Of a stretch of 64,000 bases of DNA, positions 43,255 through 64,000 are shown one piece after another. The notes beneath the pieces are model-generated. The model did no database searches. It had not been told where the DNA came from and was given only the letters and a program-made list of their open reading frames with translations. Position 1 is the stretch's first letter; every line of letters starts with the position of its first letter. The position numbers and the translations under genes were made by a program. The stretch comes from Bugula neritina. Taxonomy: Eukaryota > Animalia > Bryozoa. The DNA lies in contig OZ037768.1 in assembly GCA_964035545.1 (NCBI GenBank), forward strand, positions 16,165,875 through 16,229,874, given 5' to 3'.

Positions 43255-46200
43255 ATGAAACTGGCTCTTGTCTGCATAACTTTTCTTCAACAGACATGTG
43301 AGTGATTTAGAGAATTTCTACAGCTGCTTGAGGTTTTAGAACAAATGGAAAAAAGCTTCTTAGTATTGTAAATTTGCTGTCAAGTTAAAAATTAACTCTT
43401 AATGTTAAGTTTCATTAATCAAATCAAGGGTGGTGAATAATGAAACTTGAGCTAGTTTTGTTTACATAGCTATTCCAGTAAACATAGAGGCATTTGTTTA
43501 GCATTCTTCTAGGATTTGATAAAACTAAATAGAAATACCAACTCAGGATTAATTGTTTTCTGAAAAAAATCTGAACATTTCTAGCTTTTCAATAAGATCA
43601 GAGCAGGTAAAGCAAAAGCATTTAATCTAAGAAGTTGTTACTCTAGAAACAAAAAATGCTCTAGAATGTTCTTTACTGAATAACAAAAGCAACAGAATTA
43701 CTTCTAGTTGAAGTTTTTCCAAGCTTCTCAAACTTTATCTAAATTATTTATATATTTGCATTGTGTGTCTTTAGATGGCCAGGATATTTGATGTTTTAAA
43801 GAAATTATTTTATCATCTCAAATATGAAATTAAAATTTGACAAATGGTTGTTGATTCTGGACAGCACTATATAACAGCAGAGCAAAGTATAGTCTTACAT
43901 GACTCTGTAAAGATAGCTACTACATCATACTACATCTCCTATTATAGTTAGTATACAGTGCATTGCATCTCCTATAATAGTTATTATAGCCCAAGTTCTT
44001 GACTTTTATTATTAAATTTTCTTTGAATTTCTTGCGAGAACACAACTTCTTTTGCTACATTTTTAATTAGAACACAAGCTTTTCTCAATTTCTTCATTAA
44101 TACTGCACCTACCACATTATTATACAGTATATTACAGCTATTATAGTTAGTATGCAGTATATTACAGCTATTATAGTTAGTATAGAGTATATTACAGCTA
44201 TTATAGTTAGTATACAGTGTATTACAGCTATTATAGTTAGTATGCAGTATATTACAGCTATTATAGTTAGTATAGAGTATATTACAGCTATTATAGTTAG
44301 TATACAGTGTATTACAGCTATTATAGTTTGTATAGAGTGTGTTACAGCTAATACTATAGCTGCTATAGTGCATCAAAGCTCAATGAACTGTCAAGTGCAA
44401 AGATAATTCACTCATACAATAAACTACACATGCCATTGAGGTTTTAACTTTTCAACATTTCTACTGCTGCAGCAGTTAGAAGTTAGTCTTATAATATTAA
44501 CTTTTTTAAAATTTCCTTTAAAATTGCCGAGCATGTAGCCTATTGAAATAAACACGTGTGAGGCACTACATCCTCTCTTAAAAGGAGTTGGTAAACTTTC
44601 TGATGTCAAGTGGAATTGTGAATATATGCTCTGATAATTTTTGTTTCAATTTTCTACAAGCCAGTAACATTCTAAAAGCAGCTGCCAGGCTATTCACCTC
44701 TATCGAAATACAAGTAAACATGTTGAGTCATGAGTACTTCCTCTCAACAGCAAAGAAAACTGTTTGCATAACGAGCTATTATAGTAACTAAATAGTTGTG
44801 TTATTCTTTCTTGCTAACCGACCCTGCCATTACACAGTCTCTAGTATATAGAACAAACTTATAAGTTAAAAGGAATGACTCGGTCACATAATAGAAATAT
44901 TGGTGTTCAATTAACACACTCATTGATCTAGATTAAGACAAACAAATCTTTATGAATCCACTCATACATTCTTATTAGCACTAACTCAGCCTGCTAGAGG
45001 TAGATCTCTAGTCCCAGTTTCAGCATTGGCTCCACAATAGTAGTGAAATAGTCAGTTAGGGGTCTACTTTGTGTTAACATCAGCTACAGTTGATCTCACA
45101 TCATGTTTAATAAGTCACATTAAACAATTCTTATATTGATAAGAATACAGTTCAGATATATCAGCAGCAACTTCAACTACAAGCATATGTGTATATAGCA
45201 TATGTGTAGCATATATGTAGTATATATATAGCATATGTGTAGCATATCTGTAGTATATATATAGCATATGTGTAACATATCTGTAGTATATATATAGCAT
45301 ATGTGTAGCATATATGTAGTATATATATAGCATATGTGTAGCATATATGTAGTATATATATAGCATATGTGTAACATATATGTAGTATATATATAGCATA
45401 TGCGTAGCATATATGTAGTATATATATAGCATATGCGTAGCATATATGTAGTATATATATAGCATATGTGTAACATATATTTAGCATATACATTTTTTCT
45501 TCTCGCCTTTCTCCGCACATCCTGATCGGGTGGTGGATATCTGTATATTACAATACTAATTTATATACTCATCAAAATATGAGAACCATTTTATATTTAC
45601 TAGCATGATAACCATACAATATAGTTGCATACATTATACCACAAATAGGCTTTAGAAAAACATGTGCAGCTGACCTAACCAAATCAAGTATCATTAATCA
45701 ATAATAAATAGATTGACTATAGTTATGCTCTGCACTTTATTTAAATATTAATATAAGTGTTTCTAGTGTAATAGCTATTAAATGCATTTCAAACAGTCTA
45801 ACCTTTCTACCAATCAATTAAAAGATATGGCCCTTTAAATATTGATGTAGTGCAGCAGTATGAGAGTTCAACTGCTGGTGGCAGTGGTGTTTAGTTAAGT
45901 CAGCGATCATGTGCTGTTTGGTGACTTTGACTCTTTTAAGCAGCGTATGCTTAAAAGTATATCATCCAGCTATCATAGCCTCAATTATTTTACTTCCAAC
46001 TGTTGATTGTATTGTATGGAAAGAAGAGTGGAGAATGTGGAAGGCTGAAGGTACATTGAGCTGTGAATTTTACTAGTTTGCTCATTACTTTGGGTATCAA
46101 GGTAGTATTAGCCTCAATTACTTATTTCATATGTGTTGCATTGTAGGTTTGGGTAGTGAGAGCGAACATGACTTAGTCTATGATTTATTTGAGAAAGAGG

Positions 46201-49200
46201 ACTACAATCCTTTGATTAGACCTGTAAAGAAAATATCTGAGCCTATCAACGTCTCTCTGGGCATTACCTTGTTCCAGGTGATCACTGTGGTAAGTCCATT
46301 TCTACTTCCAGAACAATATGTCATAGTTTGCTCCGCTTAGCGTTCTTGCATCTTTCCTACATTCAAATTTTAAGTAGAATGTTGATCAGTTCTTAGAAAA
46401 AGTCTTAGCTAATAACGTGCCTTTAAATTAAAAAAAGGCGCACCGTTGCAGCTGGCCATTACTTGATGGCGGCAGCATGAAAGGTCAGCTGTCATGTTGG
46501 AAGGCTATAGTCAGTAGCAGTGAGAATAGATATAGTAGCATAGTAGTATTAAGAGATACAAGTGTAGTATTCGAGTTGGTAGCAAAGTTATATATTGGTC
46601 TTTAAGATACATTGCTATAAGTAGAGCTTCAAATCTACATGCTGTAGTAAGAAAACTCAAAAATGTATATATATATAAGGATTGCAAGGTTGTGCAACTA
46701 ATAGATAATACAAATTATTGGACTTTTAGTGCTGGTGCATTGTAATTGCTACGAAACTAATGGCAGGGCCTCTAGTTTATCTTAAACTACTTCTGAATAA
46801 CGTTAGTTGCCAACGTATATATGTGGTGTGGAAAATGTGCTCTGGACCTGGGGATGGCCGGGTGGAGGATTAGTCTGTATTCACTGCACTATTTATTAAA
46901 GTTAAAAACTGAATAGGGAGCAATTACTAAGATCTTACCCCATACCTTCTACACATGAAACTTCTTTAAGCCCATAAAAATCTGCAACAATGGGTTCAAA
47001 TCGCCGGCACGAAAATAGAATAAAGATAAAAAACAGTTAATGTATTTTTCAACCCAAGCATTTTCTTAGTGGCAAAAATAATTGGTGTGTTAATAAGGAT
47101 AATAGAAATTGTCAAGGGGGTACTTTTTGAATAGCAAATACACTGTCATTTCTAAACTGCTCAGCCAATCAGAGTACCCTGGTGTTTAAAACATGATTTG
47201 AGCATGGAAAACCTACCGCGTTTTAAACATTGCATGTTTTCAAATTTCTGGTGGTGTTGAACTGGCATATTTTTACATGAACAAGTGTTGATAAGTTTGT
47301 ATTGATAAGTTCGGTAGCTTAAAAAAACAGTCACATTGAGCTGTGCTGCATTTCACCAACTACTTCAGTTATACTTTTCACTTTAATCTTTCCTATAATT
47401 ATTATAACATAGTCAAACCATCCCAGCAAATTTTCAAATTATTTAATTTCTTATATACACAAATCGAATACATTTACTTGGTTTCATATACTTGTAATGG
47501 AAAAGTGCAGTGCTGGACTGTATGTGCCACTCAAAGTTAATTGGCATAGTCTCAAGTATTTATTAAATTGATCACCTTTATTTAGTGATGTGTGGGAGGT
47601 CAGGCCTTGCCATTGTTATGAGGAGATGATACACGTTACATGAAGTATTGTCCTTGTTTAGTCACCAAGTGCAATTTACTTTCCCTCTGCTAAATCTAAG
47701 GCTTCCACATACATCTAGTTGTATTGCTGTATCAATTCTTGCTATAACAAATTTTTCTAAAGAAAACTTGACAAAGGGAGATAAAAATAGATGTTGTCTT
47801 TATGAATCATGTTTACTCTTGCTTTTTTCATAATGAATCAGTGACGGCCAAATAAGTCAACACATGAACTTTCGGATGACTTAACAGTATAACTATGTGT
47901 GTGTGTGTGCTAAGTCCTGAGTTTACTGCTATTCCTGCACATTAAAATTTGTATTCCTTATAATATTTTGCTCATCAACTACAATAAAAAAGCAGCATAA
48001 AGTTCTCATAACTTAAGCAGACCAAAAACTGATGCCCAAAATGTTTTCTACTATCCAATCATCATACAGAAATTCTCAGCAATACAGAGCAGCAGGTCAA
48101 TAGAACAACATATATTGGCAACAGTATGTTAAGAGATGGTGGTGTATCTTCTACTGTAGAGTTATAATTATTAGTTACTAACTAGTCAGGATGGTGGTCA
48201 TAGCAACCTATCTAACAATATTAATTTTAATTAAATTGTTTATTTCTAGAGTAAAACCATAATTGCATAGTGTTGGGATATGTTAGAGTAATAGAGTTCA
48301 CCAATATAACCTACGAAAGTATTAGTTTATATGACTTACAAGGGAGTCACACACACACAGGCTACATATATAATATAATATATATTATGAATATTTACTT
48401 ATAGGAAGAGAGAACACAGGTGATGAAAACAAACAACTGGATAAGAATGGTAAGTTTATTTAGCATTGCTATAACCACTATTTATCTTTTACTATTATAT
48501 CTGTTCACAATATGCTCTGTTAATTGTTAAATTCAGTTGCAAAAGTTTGACATCAGTTCTATGTAATTGTTCAATAATTTCAACACTTCAGAATGTCTCA
48601 ACTGCATGTTTAAATACACTTATTGAATTTAAGATGTAAATCTATTTCTTGTAGTCGTGGAGTGACTATCAGCTACAATGGCAGCCAGAAGATTACGGAG
48701 GGATAACTCAGATTAGGTTACCGTGCACACAAGTATGGAAACCTGACATCGTGTTGCTAAACAAGTTAGTTATTGTTGAATTTTGATAATTGATAAACGT
48801 GACTTCATCTGCAGTATTGCAACAAGATGTTCAATGATTAGATAATTTGCATTCTGACTTTTTACAAAACCTCAACTAATGCTGTTTTTAGCACATGTTC
48901 CATCAATGTGTTCACAATAAGAAACAACAAAAAGAACAATATGCACACAACAACATAGCAATAATATAGTCTCTTAAATCAATAGTAATAATAAAGAGCT
49001 GAGAGGCAGTCAATTATTTCATCGTTATTTCTCTTATTGTACTTCTACTTATGCAATCAATATGAATAGTAAATAGAAATAGTTGTAAAAACATGGATAG
49101 GCAGCTACTGAAAGTGAACTAAAATTATAATGATATGTGCTGCATAATTACCATCTTTTCACTCTATGAGATAGAGCCCTGCTACTTCAAAAAGAAAAAT

Positions 49201-51918
49201 TTCTTCTGCTCAGTGTAATACTCATAGAATATTAAAATGATAATAGCAGCATTGATGTTGATAGTTTGGGCATTCAGTGCTCAAAGACTCTCTCCTAATT
49301 ATTTGATAATTGCCTTCCCTAAACCGAAAGTTTTATAATTATGTCTGGGAACAACTTGAAACAACTTGATTGGTTGAAATAGTCCTATCAGTGCTCAAGA
49401 CTTTACAGACAACAAGACCTTGCTGAATATTTTCCGGTACACAATTTACTTATTTTCAAACTGAAACATTTTCAAGAATGTTTGAAATTAGTGTTAGTGG
49501 AGCCCCACTTGAAGTGGTTGCTACAAACACTGCTATGCGCTATGCACAAGATTTGAAATTTTTTAACTGAGGTTTTGCTAAATTGAGACGAAATAGTACG
49601 AGAATGTCAACAATGAAGGAGTAGCACGAGAACACAGCAGCAATGGCAACAGTTATTTGTTTGTTCCGAGTTTCAATCTATGTAAAAATCTCTGCAGATG
49701 AAAGTGCTCTATTTATGGTTTAGAAGACCTTTGTTGTTCCAAGGAAGCAATTATGATTGAATGCTTTATGTCACATCACTAATAGCTTTGACCTGAACTC
49801 AAACCCATGGCACGTGTCTTTTACTCACTAGACCAGAATAGCTTCTTAGCAATGGCAGGGGTCTGTGACACCAGGTACTTGGCTATGCATACTCCAAGCT
49901 GATAAGCCTGCAGCACAATTAGATGCATGTCTACTTAAATATGGCGCAAGCGACACATTAGTCTGGCATATTAGTCTGCAATAGGTATGCAGTTTGTTAG
50001 GCTTTTTATGGAGAATCTTATAACTTTTTCATAGAGTGTAGATAGTTTTACATAAATGCATATTCAAAGCCATATTTAAGGTAATTTTTTAGGTTGCAAT
50101 TACTGTGGTTCCATGACTGTGCATTATGTGAATGGTTTGCATTAACTTATGGTTGTGGTTTTCTTCAATGTAACTATTTCCATTAGGGAATGGAAAATCC
50201 ATTCGCATAATGATGATGGAAACGCAATGTGTTCTGGTCGTATTATTCAAGGTTATGTTCAAGGTCATATTCAAGGCCACAACTGTCTGCATGAGCAGCA
50301 GGGGTATCAATAGCAGGTGTAGATAAACTAGCAGAAATATATTTACTAATAGCCTACCTACTTTTCTATGTGCGTACTGTTTTGTTATTTTTAGTGCGGA
50401 TGGAAAATATGAACAATCTTTCTGTTGTCATACGGTGATAGATAACAATGGAACAGTTATGTGGATTCCTCCTTCAATCTACAAGAGCTCGTGCACAATC
50501 GATGTGCGATATTTCCCTTTCGACGAGCAAGAGTGCAAGATGATATTTGGATCATGGACATTCAGTGCTAGTCAAGTAAAACTTAACTTGTTTGGCGGTG
50601 TTATGAAGTGTGACTTGAGTAACTATGTCTCCAGTGGCACTTGGGACTTGGTTAGCTGTCCAGCAGAGCTCTCAGATCCTTCAAAAAAGTACAGTGAGAT
50701 TCACTACACGATAATTCTCAGACGAAAGACTTTATTTTACACTGTAAACTTACTAACTCCTTGCATTTTGATATCATTTCTCAGCGTACTAACTTTCTAT
50801 CTTCCGGCAGATGCACAGGAGAAGGTAACTCTGTGTATCTCTATTCTACTGGCTCTTGTTGTGTTTCTCTTACTAGTGTCTAAAAGTTTACCACCAACTT
50901 CCGTCACTATGCCACTTATATCAAAATACTTATTTTTCACATTCATAATGAACATAGTGACAGTTATAGTATCAGTGGCAATTATTAATATAAACTTTCG
51001 CTCTCCTCGGACATATAAAATGCCTCGATGGATTAGAGTTATCTTCCTCAACTGGCTTCCTATTATAATGTTCATGAAAAGACCTGATCATAAAGAAAAG
51101 TACGCTCGTTGGCAAGAGAGAAAGCTAGAAGCAACAGTGGAGAGTCAAACTAACGGAACTAGTGTGAATCAAAACAGAAAACAGGGTGACCACACATACC
51201 CATCTGTGCCATGTGAACCCATTGTGATGTCTACTAAGGCTAAGAAAGCAATAGAAGCAATAGAATTTATTACAGAACATTTAAAATCTGTAGATGATTA
51301 TGATGAGGTAGGTCGTTGACAAGTATAGTTTGTTTATTGAGATTCTACACTTTCTTTTTATTTGGTACGAATACAGGTCTACTACTTATTGCCTTTCATT
51401 GCATGTTCATACAGAGTGCTGTTTTTTATGGCTCATAATTGTAAAATAGACAACTTCAAGTTTGAGTGACTCTTTTCTAAGGGAGTAACTACGAAGGTGC
51501 AATCTCTTTAATAGTGTGAGTTTTAAAGAATATTTATAGCACAAAAAGTTGTCTGCGTTAAAATAAAGCAATCACATTATAGACTCCAAAATAAAAATTA
51601 AGCGCCTAATTTTAACAAAACATGCATTTCTGCACCCAGCAGCCTGATGGAAGGGTTATGGAACTTTTTTACGTGTTTCAATATTGTCAAGAAAATTAAT
51701 AGTTATCTATAGTAAAACTAGCATCCAATAGGTTACAAACTGTTTCATAGTTTGAGATTTTAAAATGCTTTGATTTGTAGATATGTAATGACTGGAGGTA
51801 TGTGGCCGGAGTGATTGATAGATTTCTACTCTATATCTTTCTCATTATCACTATCACAGGCACCATCAGTATTATTGTTGATGCTCCCCATATCTTCACC
51901 AAAGTTGGTCCCATATGA
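43255..51918 (+). CDS. nAChR non-alpha (beta-like) subunit D, ~463 aa; exons 43255-43297 (in-frame ATGs also at 43225 and 43231), 46147-46289, 48405-48449, 48655-48764, 50395-51307, 51781-51918
   Basis: YNPLIRPV; Cys-loop [15 protein letters not shown]; no vicinal CC in a short loop C; loop A Tyr replaced (PDIVLLNN); M2 [24 protein letters not shown] with the beta-type 20' Lys. Six-exon layout with a large exon 5. Exon 1 ([14 protein letters not shown], phase 1, GTGAGT donor) is the least certain part. Confidence 0.88.
44121..44350. repeat. 30-bp minisatellite (~7 copies) with a 90-bp higher-order period, intron 1 of D
   Basis: ATTACAGCTATTATAGTTAG followed by one of three variant 10-mers that cycle in fixed order. 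Confidence 0.95.
45182..45490. repeat. 33-bp AT-rich minisatellite (AGCATATGTGTAGCATATATGTAGTATATATAT) ~9 copies
   Basis: Directly visible; gives the 11-aa periodic spurious ORFs. Confidence 0.95.
49742..49845 (-). mobile_element. Degenerate partial copy of the same SINE in intron 4 of gene D
   Basis: The reverse complement reads ...TGGTCTAG...ATGGGTTTGAGTTCAGGTCAAAGCTATTAGTGATGTGACATAAAGCATTCAATCATAATTGCTTCC, alignable by eye to 23805-23918. Confidence 0.7.
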
Positions 51919-54692
51919 ACACATTAATGCTTATCTTGCAACTATCATATGGAATAGCTAACAGGCCTGGTAATATGTCATAGTGCCTGGGTGCATTAAG
52001 CCTTCCCAATCTGTTTCAAGTGCCGAGCAATGTAAGAAGAGGATATCCGCCGCATATACTGAGGGTTATATAATTCATCTAATCCCTTCCGCAAGAGTCT
52101 CAATCAATACCCCTGGCTAATAATCACTCCCCGAAATGGTGATATCTCTAATACCAGCTGCCTGCTGCTGTAAACTGCATAAAGTTATGATAATCATCAC
52201 GGCTTTAGTTTTTACCAACACACTGCCTAACACAATCATTTTAAGCTAAATTTGACAAAGCATAGAATTACTGAAATCATCAGATGCTGTTATGTAATAT
52301 ATTGCCTAATATCCAACAACTGTTAATAAATACAAATGATTTTATGCTATTTACTTTAGTGACTTTGAACTGATGTATAACAGTGTTATCGGTGTCAATA
52401 TTTATTGTACATATAAAAATTATATTTTTCCATAATTTATTTTGATATACTTATTCTAACTTTTTTATCTCAGATTTTACAATTTTTGGTTTAAACAAAG
52501 CATATTGTAACTAATCCATAGTAATCAAAATTTTAACTCTGAAATAAAAAATATGTTAAATGCAGTTATAGTATGTGTTCATAGGTGTGTGCTGATATAT
52601 ATGTTTAATGTTTATTTATATACATACACAACAGTGTAAAGTTAAACACATGATTATATTTATTAGCAGAAATACTAACTCTGTACACTAAAGCTTAGTT
52701 TCCGAGCAGACATTACTTGCTATGTTTGCATCAGTTTTCACTGCCCTGACAATGTTTTAAATATTTTTGGCTCTTCTATAACCAGTACTATTATATTAGT
52801 GGTAATATTATTCAGTCAATAATTTCAGCAATGCAAATTTACTCTCATAGTTACATTTGGATTATTATCACATGCCCAGTGCATTGCATTGCAGTCATGT
52901 TGGAGTATATATGTAGATTGCGCTGTAACTTTCACTAAGCTCTAGCACTACTTTGACTTTTGCGGCACTTAAAAGTAGACAACTTTGAATCTCATTGTTT
53001 GTCAAGAATTACTTTTTACACGGACTATGCAGTCAAATTTTTGAATCCAGACTTTGATGAACATAAACTAAATATATATAAGAATATTTAATCTTTAACT
53101 GAAATTAATTTAATCTTTCTCTGATGACACATAGCAAGTGTTTGTATGCTTGGAAAGTAGCCATCATCAGTAGTTATCTTACCAATTCGCAATTGCTGAC
53201 AGTGATGCATGTTTTTACTAATCAATTTACTCTTTAAATGAAAAGGTTGAGCGTTTTTCGTGGATTTTTTTAAACATGCAACAATATTCAAAGGTGTAAA
53301 AAATTATATTTTGCTTTGGGTAACTACTGTTATAGGCCTATGCTTGTGTATAAGATGCTAATACAGCGCGCAATGACAAGTTTACAAAAGGTAAGACAAC
53401 TCTTATTTTATTTAAAGCAAGTGCGAAGTTTGCTTTTATTCAAAACTTGGCATGTTTATTAAATATAAAACTTAAAGCAAGGCGATTTAGCTATAACTTT
53501 AGTTACCATGTTTTGGAAATGGTTTTGTTGCAAGTTAATGCATCATATATGATACTTGTGTGTTCAACCACAGAAAAAGTTGTTGTGGAAAATGTTTTTA
53601 GATTTTTATTAATATTTAAGTGGCTGAAAGCAAAGCAGCGCATGAACATTGGTGTTAGAAATGCAGATGTACTTGTAAGTAAAGTGCTAACATATGCCAA
53701 TGCATTAGAAGAACATTTCTAGCAAGTTTATACTTGAAATTGTTGCCAATTTATTGACCAGCACTTCATCAAATCACTAGGGTATAGAAGCGTGTTTGTG
53801 TAACCAATAAGCTTAAAGATAGTATCAGCCATGTACGCATTGCATACGTATTCGGTGAGTAGAAGGTAAGAGGCATGTACTGTGTAGATGTCATATAAGA
53901 ATATATACAGCAGAGCAAAGCTATATATAGAAACTATATCACTTTAGACAGCTAGGAAGAGCCACATAGGGAAGGAGGAAGGGGGTAAGAGTGAATATGC
54001 CTAATGCTTTTTTGCTCATTTTAGTGAGTTATGGGTATTCAGTAGCATACAATGGTACTGTGCAATTATAGTTGCTTTTGTTACATTCTTATTGTTTTGT
54101 CATAACTATAATCCTCGACATGTGAATAATCATGTTAAATGCAATTCATGGTAAACCATGAAGTACAGCATTCAAACTAAAACTTCTTGAGCTATTTTAT
54201 TTTCATGTTGGTGATTTTTATTATATTTATAGTTAGGAAGAATCTCAGCAATTATTTATTAAAACTAATTATTATTCAGTGAATTATGTTTTTGAGATCT
54301 AGTTAGGATTTGCTTTGTTCATCTCATTGATGCTTTGATGTGTTTATCCAGTCTGTAACTTAAAAGAAAATAACTGATAGCACAGTTTAAATTCATTTTC
54401 TGATTATAGTATTATAAAACCTTCAACTTGATTATTTTGTTTTAATTAGTTTATGACAAACTAAAAAGATTGAATAATTTGTTAATGTTTACAATATGTT
54501 CAGTGTTTGATATGTATAGAAAGTTCTTTTATAAGTATACTTTTAAATTTCACTTTTATTTATAAAGATTCACCTATATCCTACGATAGAACGCACTATG
54601 ACACAGCTGGGCTGTCATCTATTGATTTCTTGTAAAATTTCAGATTGTTTTCTTCTGTTCATTTAAAGTGAAGAGAAGTTCTAAAGGATAGA

Positions 54693-63734
<9,042 letters not shown>

Positions 63735-64000
63735 GTCAGTTCTATCAATCATCAGTTGTCTTCTCATGCAATTGTTGCATAAGAAACTATTTATATCATA
63801 CAAGCTATAATATATTATACAAATAATATAACTCCAACACCATGGTACATCCTGTGCTGCTATATAAATTATATATAATATGGTTATACTATCGATGTGA
63901 TGAGTTAAAGAATATAATGTAATTAAAAATCCTTTGCATAATTAAATTTTTTTGTAAATATACAGTCTATCTTGGTCTTTGCTGTATATTTAAAATATTA

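Noticed and set aside
43984-45520. Periodic ORFs with 10-aa and 11-aa repeats
   Set aside because: Products of the 30-bp and 33-bp minisatellites.
45860-46101. Alternative first coding exons for D ([11 protein letters not shown]..., [10 protein letters not shown]...)
   Set aside because: Weak donor or wrong phase. 43255-43297 has a canonical GTGAGT donor in the required phase 1, though cDNA is needed to settle it.
53447-53722. VVVENVFRFLLIFKWL resembles a Harbinger DDE transposase C-terminal motif
   Set aside because: One short motif, no TIRs or other catalytic motifs on the same strand; too weak without a search.

Overview
AT-rich animal genomic DNA with GT-AG introns, probably from a protostome invertebrate (inference from the subunit signatures). 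It holds the 3' end of an unidentified Ser/Arg-rich gene (1-2384), followed by five tandem, co-oriented (+ strand) nicotinic acetylcholine receptor (Cys-loop) subunit genes. A (11791-19014), B (21995-28729) and C (32406-39713) are alpha7-like, D (43255-51918) is non-alpha/beta-like, and E (54693->63734) is a heteromeric-type alpha that runs off the window. I built the exon models by hand and checked splice phases; A-D give intact reading frames. Main observations: (1) A and B are near-identical in patches covering loop C, M2, M3, MA/M4 and one whole intron, but diverged elsewhere, which suggests domain-restricted gene conversion. (2) A 44-bp repeat in E duplicates the loop A exon end and its splice donor, creating potential in-frame 18-nt microexons. 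(3) A type I hammerhead ribozyme with one core mutation lies in sense orientation in an intron of B. (4) D has five extra extracellular cysteines. (5) There are three copies of a tRNA-derived SINE, a MITE and many micro/minisatellites. Most short ORFs in the supplied track are repeat or antisense artefacts.
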